Shown: in pieces, positions 27,101 to 42,899 of the stretch | Position numbering within the stretch: position 1 is the stretch's first letter | Layout of the letters: every line of letters begins with the position of its first letter | NCBI GenBank assembly: GCA_964016885.1 | Contig: OZ024754.1 | Span: 24,738,001 to 24,802,000, forward strand | Direction: 5' to 3' | Origin: Eledone cirrhosa | Lineage: Eukaryota | DNA: 64,000 bases | Program-made: the position numbers and the translations under genes | Notes under the pieces: model-generated | What the model was told of the DNA's origin: nothing | The model's database searches: none | What the model saw: only the letters and a program-made list of their open reading frames with translations

Positions 27101-30100
27101 CAACAACAATAACGATAGTACTAACAGCAACAACAATAACGATAGTACTAACAACAACAACAATAACGATAGTACTAACAGCCAAAACAATAACGATTGT
27201 ACTAACAGCAACAACAACAATAACGATAGTTCTAACAACGACAATAACGATAGTACTAACAACAACAACAACAATAACGATAGTACTAACAACAACAACA
27301 ATAACGATAGTACTAACAGCAAGAACAATAACGATATTACTAACAACAACAATAACGATAGTACTAACAACAACAACTATAACGATAGTACTAACAACAA
27401 CAAGAATAACAATAGTACTAACAACAACAACAATAACGATAGTACTAACAACAACAACAATAACGATAGTACTAACAACAACAACAATAATGATAGTACT
27501 AACAACAACAACAATAACGATAGTACTAACACCAACAACAATAACGATAGTACTAACAACAACAATAACAATAGTACTAACAGCAACAAAAATAACGATA
27601 ATACTAACAGCAACAACAATAACGATAGTACTAACAACAACAACAATAATGATAGTACTAACAACAACAGTAACGATACTACTAACAACAACAACAGTAA
27701 TGATAGTACTAACAACAACAATAACGATAGTACTAACAACAACAACAATAATGATAGTACTAACAACAACAATAACGATAGTACTAACAACAACAACAAT
27801 AATGATAGTACTAACAACAACAATAACGATAGTACTAAAAACAACAACAATAACGATAGTACTAACAACAACAATAACGATAGGACTAACAACAACAACA
27901 ATAACGGTAGTACTAGCAACAACAACAATAACGATAGTACTAACAACAACAATAACGATAGTACTAACAACAACAATAACGATAGTACTAACAGCAACAA
28001 CAATAACGATAGTACTAACAACAACAACAATAACGATAGTACTAACAACAACAATAACGATAGTACTAACAACAACAACAATAACGATAGTACTAACAAC
28101 AACAATAACGATAGGACTAACAACAACAACAATAACGGTAGTACTAGCAACAACAACAATAACGATAGTACTAACAACAACAATAACGATAGTACTAACA
28201 ACAACAATAACGATAGTACTAACAGCAACAACAATAACGATAGTACTAACAGCAACAACAATAACGATAGTACTAACAGCAACAATAACGATAGTACTAA
28301 CAGCAACAATAACGATAGTACTAACAGCAACAACAATAGCTATAGTACTAACAGCAACGACAATAACGATAGTACTAATAACAACAACAATAACGATAGT
28401 ACTAACAGCAACAACAATAACGATAGTACTAACAGCAACAACAATAACGATAGTACTAACAACAACAACAATAACGATAGTACTAACAACAACAATAACG
28501 ATAGTACTAACAACAACAACGATAACGATAGTACTAACAGCAACAACAATAACGATAGTACTAACAACAACAACAATAACGATAGTCCTAACAACAACAA
28601 CGATAACGATAGTACTAACAGCAACAACAATAACGATAGTACTAACAACAGCAACAATAACGATAGTACTAACGGCAACAATAATGATAGTACTAACAGC
28701 AACAACAATAACTATAGTACTAACAGCAACGACAATAACGATAGTACTAATAACAACAACAATAACGATAGTACTAACAACAACAACAATAATGATAGTA
28801 CTAACAAAGACAATAACAATAGTACTAACAGCAACAATAACGATAGTACTAACAGCAACAACAATAACGATAGTACTAACAACAACAACAATAACGATAG
28901 TACTAACAGCAACAACAATAACGATAGTACTAACAACAACAACGATAACGATAGTACTAACAGCAACAACAATAACGATAGTACTAACAACAACAACAAT
29001 AACGATAGTCCTAACAACAACAACGATAACGATAGTACTAACAGCAACAACAATAACGATAGTACTAACAACAGCAACAATAACGATAGTACTAACGGCA
29101 ACAATAATGATAGTACTAACAGCAACAACAATAACTATAGTACTAATATCAACGACAATAACGATAGTACTAATAACAACAACAATAACGATAGTACTAA
29201 CAACAACAACAATAATGATAGTACTAACAACAACAACAATAACGATAGTACTAACAGCAACAATAACGATAGTACTAACAGCAACAACAATAACGATAGT
29301 ACTAACAGCAACAACAATAACGATAGTACTAACAACAACAAAAATAACGATAGTACTAACAACAACAACAATAACGATAGTACTAACAACAACAACAATA
29401 ACGATAGTACTAACAGCAACAACAATAACAATAGTACTAACAACAACAACAATAACGATAGTACTAACAGCAACAACAATAACGATAGTACTAACAACAA
29501 CAACAATAACGATAGTACTAACAAAGACAACAATAACGATAGTACTAACAGCAACAACAATAACGATAGTACTAACAACAACAACAATAACGATAGTACT
29601 AACAACAACAACAATAACGATAGTACTAACAACAACAACAATAACAATAGTACTAACAGCAACAATAACGATAGTACTAACAGCAACAACAATAACGATA
29701 GTACTAACAGCAACAACAATAACGATATTACTAACAGCAAAAACAATAACGATAGTACTAACAACGACAATAACGATAGTACTAACAACAACAACAATAA
29801 CGATAGTAATAACAACAACAACAATAACGATAGTAATAACAACAACAACAATAACGATAGTACTAACAGCAACAACAATAACGATAGTACTAACAGCAAC
29901 AACAATAACGATAGTACTAACAACAACAACAATAACGATAGTACTAACAGCAAAAACAATAACGATAGTACTAACAACGACAATAACGATAGTACTAACA
30001 ACAACAACAACGATAGTACTAACAACAACAACTATAACGATAGTACTAACAACAACAAGAATAACAATAGTACTAACAACAACAACAATAACGATAGTAC

Positions 30101-30759
30101 TAACAACAACAACAATAACGATAGTACTAACAACAACAACAATAATGATAGTACTAACAACAACAACAATAACGATAGTACTAACAACAACAAGAATAAC
30201 GATAGTACTAACACCAACAACAATAACGATAGTACTAACAACAACAATAACAATAGTACTAACAGCAACAAAAATAACGATAATACTAACAGCAACAACA
30301 ATAACGATAGTACTAACAACAACAACAATAATGATAGTACTAACAACAACAGTAACGATACTACTAACAACAACAACAGTAATGATAGTACTAACAACAA
30401 CAATAACGATAGTACTAACAACAACAACAATAATGATAGTACTAACAACAACAATAACGATAGTACTAAGAACAACAACAATAATGATAGTACTAACAAC
30501 AAAAATAACGATAGTACTAACAACAACAACAATAACGATAGTACTAACAACAACAATAACGATAGGACTAACAACAACAATAACGGTAGTACTAGCAACA
30601 ACAACAATAACGATAGTACTAACAACAACAATAACGATAGTACTAACAGCAACAACAATAACGATAGTACTAACAACAACAACAATAACGATAGTACTAA
30701 CAACAACAATAACGATAGTACTAACAACAACAACAATAACGATAGTACTAACAACAACA

Positions 30760-33700
30760 ATAACGATAGGACTAACAACAACAACAATAACGGTGGTACT
30801 AGCAACAACAACAATAACGATAGTACTAACAACAACAATAACGGTAGTACTAACAGCAACAACAATAACGATAGTACTAACAGCAACAATAACGATAGTA
30901 CTAACAGCAACAATAACGATAGTACTAACAGCAACAACAATAGCTATAGTACTAACAGCAACGACAATAACGATAGTACTAATAACAACAACAATAACGA
31001 TAGTACTAACAGCAACAACAATAACGATAGTACTAACAATAACAACAATAACGATAGTACTAACAGCAACAAAAATAACGGTAGTACTAACAACAACAAC
31101 AATAACGATAGTACTAACAACAACAACAATAACGATAGTACTAACAGCAACAACAATAACGGTAGTACTAACAACAACAACAATAACGATAGTACTAACA
31201 ACAACAACAATAACGATAGTATTAACAACAACAACAATAACGATAGTACTAACAGCAACAACAATAACGATAGTACTAACAACAGCAACAATAACGATAG
31301 TACTAACAACAACAACAATAACGATAGTACTAACAGCAACAACAATAACGATAGTACTAACAGCAACAACAATAACGATAGTACTAACAACAGCAACAAT
31401 AACGATAGTACTAACAACAACAACAATAACGATAGTACTAACAGCAACAACAATAACGATAGTACTAACAGCAACAACAATAACGGTAGTACTAACAACA
31501 ACAACAATAACGATAGTACTAACAACAACAACAATAACGATAGTACTAACAGCAAAAACAATAACGATAGTACTAACAACAGCAACAATAACGATAGTAC
31601 TAACAACAACAACAATAACGATAGTACTAACAACAACAACAATAACGATAGTACTAACAACAACAACAATAACGATAGTACTAACAACAACAACAATAAC
31701 GATAGTACTAACAGCAACAACAATAACGATAGTACTAACAACAACAACAATAACGATAGTACTAACAACATCAACAATAACGATAGTACTAACAACAACA
31801 AGAATAACGATAGTACTAACAACAGCAACAATAACGATAGTACTAACAACAACAACAATAACGATAGTACTAACAGCAACAACAATAACGATAGTACTAA
31901 CAACAACAACAATAACGATAGTACTAACAACAACAACAATAACGATAGTACTAACAACAACAACAATAACGATAGTATTAACAACAACAACAATAACGAT
32001 AGTACTAACAGCAACAACAATAACGATAGTACTAATAACAACAACAATAACGATAGTACTAACAACAACAACAATAACGATAGTACTAACAACAACAACA
32101 ATAACGATAGTACTAACAACAACAACAACAATAACGATAGTACTAACAACAACAACAACAATAACGATAGTACTAACAACAACAACAATAACGATAGTAC
32201 TAACAGCAACAACAATAACGATAGTACTAACAACAACAACAATAACGATAGTACTAACAGCAACAACAATAACGATAGTACTAACAACAACAACAATAAC
32301 GATAGTACTAACAGCAACAACAATAACGATAGTACTAACAGCAACAACAATAACGATAGTACTAACAGCAACAACAATAACGATAGTACTAACAGCAACA
32401 ACAATAACGATAGTACTAACAACAACAACAATAACGATAGTACTAACAGCAACAACAATAACGATAGTACTAACAGCAACAACAATAACGATAGTACTAA
32501 CAACAACAACAATAACGATAGTACTAACAGCAACAACAATAACGATAGTACTAACAACAACAACAATAACGATAGTACTAACAGCAACAACAATAACGAT
32601 AGTACTAACAGCAACAACAATAACGATAGTACTAACAGCAACAACAATAACGATAGTACTAACAACAACAACAATAACGATAGTACTAACAACAGCAACA
32701 ATAACGATAGTACTAACAACAACAACTATAACGATAGTACTAACAACAACAATAACGATAGTACTAACAGCAACGACAATAACGATAGTACTAACAGCAA
32801 CAACAATAACGATAGTACTAACAACAACAACAATAACGATAGTACTAACAACAGCAACAATAACGATAGTACTAACAACAACAACTATAACGATAGTACT
32901 AACAACAACAATAACGATAGTACTAACAGCAACAACAATAACGATAGTACTAACAACAACAACAATAACGATAGTACTAACAGCAACAACAATAACGATA
33001 GTACTAACAACAACAATAACGATAGGACTAACAACAACAACAATAACGGTAGTACTAGCAACAACAACAATAACGATAGTACTAACAACAACAATAACGG
33101 TAGTACTAACAGCAACAACAATAACGATAGTACTAACAGCAACAATAACGATAGTACTAACAGCAACAATAACGATAGTACTAACAGCAACAACAATAGC
33201 TATAGTACTAACAGCAACGACAATAACGATAGTACTAATAACAACAACAATAACGATAGTACTAACAGCAACAACAATAACGATAGTACTAACAATAACA
33301 ACAATAACGATAGTACTAACAGCAACAACAATAACGGTAGTACTAACAACAACAACAATAACGATAGTACTAACAACAACAACAATAACGATAGTACTAA
33401 CAGCAACAACAATAACGGTAGTACTAACAACAACAACAATAACGATAGTACTAACAACAACAACAATAACGATAGTATTAACAACAACAACAATAACGAT
33501 AGTACTAACAGCAACAACAATAACGATAGTACTAACAACAGCAACAATAACGATAGTACTAACAACAACAACAATAACGATAGTACTAACAGCAACAACA
33601 ATAACGATAGTACTAACAGCAACAACAATAACGATAGTACTAACAACAGCAACAATAACGATAGTACTAACAACAACAACAATAACGATAGTACTAACAG

Positions 33701-35220
33701 CAACAACAATAACGATAGTACTAACAGCAACAACAATAACGGTAGTACTAACAACAACAACAATAACGATAGTACTAACAACAACAACAATAACGATAGT
33801 ACTAACAGCAAAAACAATAACGATAGTACTAACAACAGCAACAATAACGATAGTACTAACAACAACAACAATAACGATAGTACTAACAACAACAACAATA
33901 ACGATAGTACTAACAACAACAACAATAACGATAGTACTAACAACAACAACAATAACGATAGTACTAACAGCAACAACAATAACGATAGTACTAACAACAA
34001 CAACAATAACGATAGTACTAACAACAACAACAATAACGATAGTACTAACAACAACAAGAATAACGATAGTACTAACAACAGCAACAATAACGATAGTACT
34101 AACAACAACAACAATAACGATAGTACTAACAGCAACAACAATAACGATAGTACTAACAACAACAACAATAACGATAGTACTAACAACAACAACAATAACG
34201 ATAGTACTAACAACAACAACAATAACGATAGTATTAACAACAACAACAATAACGATAGTACTAACAGCAACAACAATAACGATAGTACTAATAACAACAA
34301 CAATAACGATAGTACTAACAACAACAACAATAACGATAGTACTAACAACAACAACAATAACGATAGTATTAACAACAACAACAATAACGATAGTACTAAC
34401 AACAACAACAACAATAACGATAGTACTAACAACAACAACAACAATAACGATAGTACTAACAACAACAACAATAACGATAGTACTAACAGCAACAACAATA
34501 ACGATAGTACTAACAACAACAACAATAACGATAGTACTAACAGCAACAACAATAACGATAGTACTAACAACAACAACAATAACGATAGTACTAACAGCAA
34601 CAACAATAACGATAGTACTAACAGCAACAACAATAACGATAGTACTAACAGCAACAACAATAACGATAGTACTAACAGCAACAACAATAACGATAGTACT
34701 AACAACAACAACAATAACGATAGTACTAACAGCAACAACAATAACGATAGTACTAACAGCAACAACAATAACGATAGTACTAACAACAACAACAATAACG
34801 ATAGTACTAACAGCAACAACAATAACGATAGTACTAACAACAACAACAATAACGATAGTACTAACAGCAACAACAATAACGATAGTACTAACAGCAACAA
34901 CAATAACGATAGTACTAACAGCAACAACAATAACGATAGTACTAACAACAACAACAATAACGATAGTACTAACAACAACAACAATAACGATAGTACTAAC
35001 AACAGCAACAATAACGATAGTACTAACAACAACAACTATAACGATAGTACTAACAACAACAATAACGATAGTACTAACAGCAACGACAATAACGATAGTA
35101 CTAACAGCAACAACAATAACGATAGTACTAACAACAACAACAATAACGATAGTACTAACAACAGCAACAATAACGATAGTACTAACAACAACAACTATAA
35201 CGATAGTACTAACAACAACA
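30760..35220 (+). repeat. Higher-order repeat C: two copies, period ~2.26-2.31 kb
   Basis: Marker AATAGCTATAGT at ~30940 and ~33196. Matching ORFs 30944..32725 and 33200..35035. Confidence 0.85.
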
Positions 35221-38200
35221 ATAACGATAGTACTAACAGCAACAACAATAACGATAGTACTAACAACAACAACAATAACGATAGTACTAACAACAACAAC
35301 AATAATGATAGTACTAACAACAACAATAACGATAGTACTAACAACAACAACAACTATAACGATAGTACTAACAACAACAACAACAATAACGATAGTACTA
35401 ACAGCAACGACAATAACGATAGTACTAACAACAACAACTATAACGATAGTACTAACAACAACAACAACAATAACGATAGTACTAACAGCAACAACAATAA
35501 CGATAGTACTAACAACAACAACAATAATGATAGTACTAACAACAACAATAACGATAGTACTAACAACAACAACAACAACTATAACGATAGTACTAACAAC
35601 AACATCTATAACGATAGTACTAACAACAACAACAACAATAACGATAGTACTAACAGCAAGAACAATAAAGATAGTACTAACAACAACAACAACAATAACG
35701 ATAGTACTAACAACAACAACAACAATAACGATAGTACTAACAACAACAAGAATAACAATAGTACTAACAACAACAACAATAACGATAGTACTAACAGCAA
35801 CAACAATAACGATAGTACTAACAACAACGAACAATAATGATAGTACTAACAACAACAATAACGATAGTACTAACAGCAACGACAATAACGATAGTACTAA
35901 CAACAACAACAATAACGATAGTACTAACAACAACAACAATAACGTTAGTACTAACAACAACAACAATAACGATAGTACTAACAGCAACAACAATAACGGT
36001 AGTAATAACAACAACAACAATAACGATAGTACTAACAGCAACAACAATAACGATAGTACTAACAACAACAACAATAACGATAGTACTAACAGCAACAACA
36101 ATAACGATAGTAATAACAACAACAACAATAACGATAGTACTAACAACAACAACAATAACGATAGTACTAACAACAACAACAATAACGATAGTACTAACAG
36201 CAACAACAATAACGGTAGTACTAACAACAACAACAATAACGATAGTACTAACAACAACAACAATAACGATAGTACTAACAACAACAACAATAACAATAGT
36301 ACTAACAGCAACAACAATAACGATAGTACTAACAACAACAACAATAACGATAGTACTAACAGCAACAACAATAACGATAGTACTAACAGCAAAAACAATA
36401 ACGATAGTACTAACAACAACAACAATAACGATAGTACTAACAGCAACAACAATAACGATAATACTAACAACAACAACTATAACGATAGTACTAACAGCAA
36501 AAACAATAACGATAGTACTAACAACAACAACAATAACGATAGTACTAACAACAACAACAATAATGATAGTACTAACAACAACAACTATAACGATAGTACT
36601 AACAACAATAACAATAACGATAGTACTAACAGCAACAACAATAACGATAGTACTAACAGCAACAACAATAACGATAGTACTAACAGCAACAACAATAATG
36701 ATAGTACTAACAACAACAACAATAATGATAGTACTAACAACAACAACAACAACGATAGTACTAACAGCAACAACAATAACGATAATACTAACAGCAACAA
36801 CAATAACGATAGTACTAACAACAACAACAATAATGATAGTACTAACATCAACAACTATAACGATAGTACTAACAACAACAACTATAACGATAGTACTAAC
36901 AACAACAACAACAACAATAACGATAGGACTAACAACAATAACAATAACGATAGTACTAACAGCAACAACAATAACGATAGTACTAACAACAGCAACAATA
37001 ACGATAGTACTAACAGCAACAACAATAACGATAGTACTAACAACAATAACAATAACGATAGTACTAACAGCAACAACAATAACGATAGTACTAACAACAG
37101 CAACAATAACGATAGTACTAACAGCAACAACAATAACGATAGTACTAACAGCAACAACAATAACGATAGTACTAACAACAACAACAATAATGATAGTACT
37201 AACAACAACAATAACGATAGTACTAACAACAACAACTATAACGATAGTACTAACAACAACAACAACAATAACGATAGTACTAACAACAACAACAATAATG
37301 ATAGTACTAACAACAACAATAACGATAGTACTAACAACAGCAACAATAACGATAGTACTAACAACAACAACAACAATAACGATAGTACTAACAACAACAA
37401 GAATAACAATAGTACTAACAGCAACAACAATAACGATAGTACTAACAACAACAACAATAAAGATAGTACTAACAGCAACAACAATAACGATAGTACTAAC
37501 AGCAACAAGAATAACGATAGTACTAACAGCAACAACAATAACGATAGTACTAACAGCAACAACAATAACGATAGTACTAACAGCAATAACAATAACGATA
37601 GTACTAACAGCAACAAGAATAACGATAGTACTAACAGCAACAACAATAACGATAGTACTAACAGCAACAACAATAAAGATAGTACTAACAGCAACAACAA
37701 TAACGATAGTACTAACAGCAACAACAATAACGATAGTACTAACAGCAACAACAATAACGATAGTACTAACAGCAACAACAATAACGATAGTACTAACAGC
37801 AACAACAATAACGATAGTACTAACAGCAACAACAATAACGATAGTACTAACAACAACAACAATAATGATAGTACTAACAACAACAATAACGATAGTACTA
37901 ACAACAACTATAACGATAGTACTAACAACAACAACAACAATAACGATAGTACTAACAACAACAACAATAATGATAGTACTAACAACAACAATAACGATAG
38001 TACTAACAGCAGCAACAATAACGATAGTACTAACAACAACAACAACAATAACGATAGTACTAACAACAACAAGAATAACAATAGTACTAACAGCAACAAC
38101 AATAACGATAGTACTAACAACAACAACAATAACGATAGTACTAACAGCAACAACAATAACGATAGTACTAACAGCAACAACAATAACGATAGTACTAACA

Positions 38201-41200
38201 GCAACAACAATAACGATAGTACTAACAGCAACAACAATAACGATAGTACTAACAGCAACAACAATAACGATAGTACTAACAGCAACAACAATAACGATAG
38301 TACTAACAGCAACAACAATAACGATAGTACTAACAGCAACAACAATAACGATAGTACTAACAGCAACAACAATAACGATAGTACTAACAGCAACAACAAT
38401 AACGATAGTACTAACAGCAACAACAATAACGATAGTACTAACAGCAACAACAATAACGATAGTACTAACAGCAACAACAATAACGATAGTACTAACAGCA
38501 ACAACGATAACGATAGTACTAACAGCAACAACAATAACGATAGTACTAACAGCAACAACAATAACGATAGTACTAACAACAACAACAATAATGATAGTAC
38601 TAACAACAACAATAACGATAGTACTAACAACAACAACAACAACTATAACGATAGTACTAACAACAACAACAACAATAACGATAGTACTAACAGCAACGAC
38701 AATTACGATAGTACTAACAACAACAACTATAACGATAGTACTAACAACAACAACAACAATAACGATAGTACTAACAGCAACAACAATAATGATAGTACTA
38801 ACAACAACAACAATAATGATAGTACTAACAACAACAACAATAACGATAGTACTAACATCAACAACAATAACGATAATACTAACAGCAACAACAATAACGA
38901 TAGTACTAACAACAACAACAATAATGATAGTACTAACATCAACAACTATAACGATAGTACTAACAACAACAACTATAACGATAGTACTAACAACAACAAC
39001 AACAACAATAACGATAGTACTAACAGCAACAACAATAACGATAGTACTAACAGCAACAACAATAACGATAGTACTAACAACAACAACAATAATGATAGTA
39101 CTAACAACAACAATAACGATAGTACTAACAACAACAACTATAACGATAGTACTAACAACAACAACAACAATAACGATAGTACTAACAACAACAACAATAA
39201 TGATAGTACTAACAACAACAATAACGATAGTACTAACAACAGCAACAATAACGATAGTACTAACAACAACAACAACAATAACGATAGTACTAACAACAAC
39301 AAGAATAACAATAGTACTAACAGCAACAACAATAACGATAGTACTAACAACAACAACAATAACGATAGTACTAACAACAACAACAATAACGATAGTACTA
39401 ACAGCAACAAGAATAACGATAGTACTAACAGCAACAACAATAACGATAGTACTAACAGCAACAACAATAACGATAGTACTAACAGCAATAACAATAACGA
39501 TAGTACTAACAGCAACAAGAATAACGATAGTACTAACAGCAACAACAATAACGATAGTACTAACAGCAACAACAATAACGATAGTACTAACAGCAACAAC
39601 AATAACGATAGTACTAACAGCAACAACAATAACGATAGTACTAACAGCAACAACAATAACGATAGTACTAACAGCAACAACAATAACGAGAGTACTAACA
39701 GCAACAACAATAACGATAGTACTAACAGCAACAACAATAACGATAGTACTAACAACAACAACAATAACGATAGTACTAACAACAACAATAACGATAGTAC
39801 TAACAACAACAACTATAACGATAGTACTAACAACAACAACAACAATAACGATAGTACTAACAACAACAACAATAATGATAGTACTAACAACAACAATAAC
39901 GATAGTACTAACAGCAGCAACAATAACGATAGTACTAACAACAACAACAACAATAACGATAGTACTAACAACAACAAGAATAACAATAGTACTAACAGCA
40001 ACAACAATAACGATAGTAATAACAACAACAACAATAACGATAGTACTAACAGCAACAACAATAACGATAGTACTAACAGCAACAACAATAACGATAGTAC
40101 TAACAGCAACAACAATAACGATAGTACTAACAGCAACAACAATAACGATAGTACTAACAGCAACAACAATAACGATAGTACTAACAGCAACAAGAATAAC
40201 GATAGTACTAACAGCAACAACAATAACGATAGTACTAACAGCAACAACAATAACGATAGTACTAACAGCAACAACAATAACGATAGTACTAACAGCAACA
40301 ACAATAACGATAGTACTAACAGCAACAACAATAACGATAGTACTAACAGCAACAACAATAACGATAGTACTAACAGCAACAACAATAACGATAGTACTAA
40401 CAGCAACAACAATAACGATAGTACTAACAGCAACAACAATAACGATAGTACTAACAACAACAACAATAATGATAGTACTAACAACAACAATAACGATAGT
40501 ACTAACAACAACAACAACAACTATAACGATAGTACTAACAACAACAACAACAATAACGATAGTACTAACAACAACAACAACAACAACTATAACGATAGTA
40601 CTAACAACAACATCTATAACGATAGTACTAACAACAACAACAACAATAACGATAGTACTAACAGCAAGAACAATAACGATAGTACTAACAACAACAACAA
40701 CAATAACGATAGTACTAACAACAACAAGAATAACAATAGTACTAACAACAACAACAATAACGATAGTACTAACAGCAACAACAATAACGATAGTACTAAC
40801 AACAACAACAATAATGATAGTACTAACAACAACAATAACGATAGTACTAACAGCAACGACAATAACAATAGTACTAACAACAACAACAATAACGATAGTA
40901 CTAACAACAACAACAATAACGATAGTACTAACAACAACAACAATAACGATAGTACTAACAGCAACAACAATAACGGTAGTAATAACAACAACAACAATAA
41001 CGATAGTACTAACAGCAACAACAATAACGATAGTACTAACAACAACAACAATAACGATAGTACTAACAGCAACAACAATAACGATAGTAATAACAACAAC
41101 AACAATAACGATAGTACTAACAACAACAACAATAACGATAGTACTAACAACAACAATAATAACGATAGTACTAACAGCAACAACAATAACGGTAGTACTA

Positions 41201-42899
41201 ACAACAACAACAATAACGATAGTACTAACAACAACAACAATAACGATAGTACTAACAACAACAACAATAACAATAGTACTAACAGCAACAACAATAACGA
41301 TAGTACTAACAACAACAACAATAACGATAGTACTAACAGCAACAACAATAACGATAGTACTAACAGCAAAAACAATAACGATAGTACTAACAACAACAAC
41401 AATAACGATAGTACTAACAGCAACAACAATAACGATAATACTAACAACAACAACTATAACGATAGTACTAACAGCAAAAACAATAACGATAGTACTAACA
41501 ACAACAACAATAACGATAGTACTAACAACAACAACAATAATGATAGTACTAACAACAACAACTATAACGATAGTACTAACAACAATAACAATAACGATAG
41601 TACTAACAGCAACAACAATAACGATAGTACTAACAGCAACAACAATAACGATAGTACTAACAACAACAACAATAATGATAGTACTAACAACAACAACTAT
41701 AACGATAGTACTAACAACAACAACAATAACGATAGTACTAACAGCAACGACAATAACGATAGTACTAACAGCAACAACAATAACGATAGTACTAACAACA
41801 ACAACAATAATGATAGTACTAACAACAACAACAATAACGATAGTACTAACAGCAACAACAATAACGATAATACTAACAGCAACAACAATAACGATAGTAC
41901 TAACAACAACAACAGTAATGATAGTACTAACAACAACAACTATAACGATAGTACTAACAACAACAACTATAACGATAGTACTAACAACAACAACAACAAC
42001 AATAACGATAGGACTAACAACAATAACAATAACGATAGTACTAACAACAACAACAACAACAATAACGATAGGACTAACAGCAAGAACAATAACGATAATA
42101 CTAACAACAACAACAATAACGATAGTACTAACAACAGCAACAATAACGATAGTACTAACAGCAACAACAATAACGATAGTACTAACAGCAACAACAATAA
42201 CGATAGTACTAACAACAACAACAATAATGATAGTACTAACAACAACAATAACGATAGTACTAACAACAACAACTATAACGATAGTACTAACAACAACAAC
42301 AACAATAACGATAGTACTAACAACAACAACAATAATGATAGTACTAACAACAACAATAACGATAGTACTAACAACAGCAACAATAACGATAGTACTAACA
42401 ACAACAACAACAATAACGATAGTACTAACAACAACAAGAATAACAATAGTACTAACAGCAACAACAATAACGATAGTACTAACAACAACAACAATAACGA
42501 TAGTACTAACAGCAACAACAATAACGATAGTACTAACAGCAACAAGAATAACGATAGTACTAACAGCAACAACAATAACGATAGTACTAACAGCAACAAC
42601 AATAACGATAGTACTAACAGCAACAACAATAACGATAGTACTAACAGCAACAAGAATAACGATAGTACTAACAGCAACAAGAATAACGATAGTACTAACA
42701 GCAACAACAATAACGATAGTACTAACAGCAACAACAATAACGATAGTACTAACAGCAACAACAATAACGATAGTACTAACAGTAACAACAATAACGATAG
42801 TACTAACACCAACAACAATAACGATAGTACTAACAGCAACAACAATAACGATAGTACTAACAGCAACAACAATAACGATAGTACTAACAGCAACAACAA

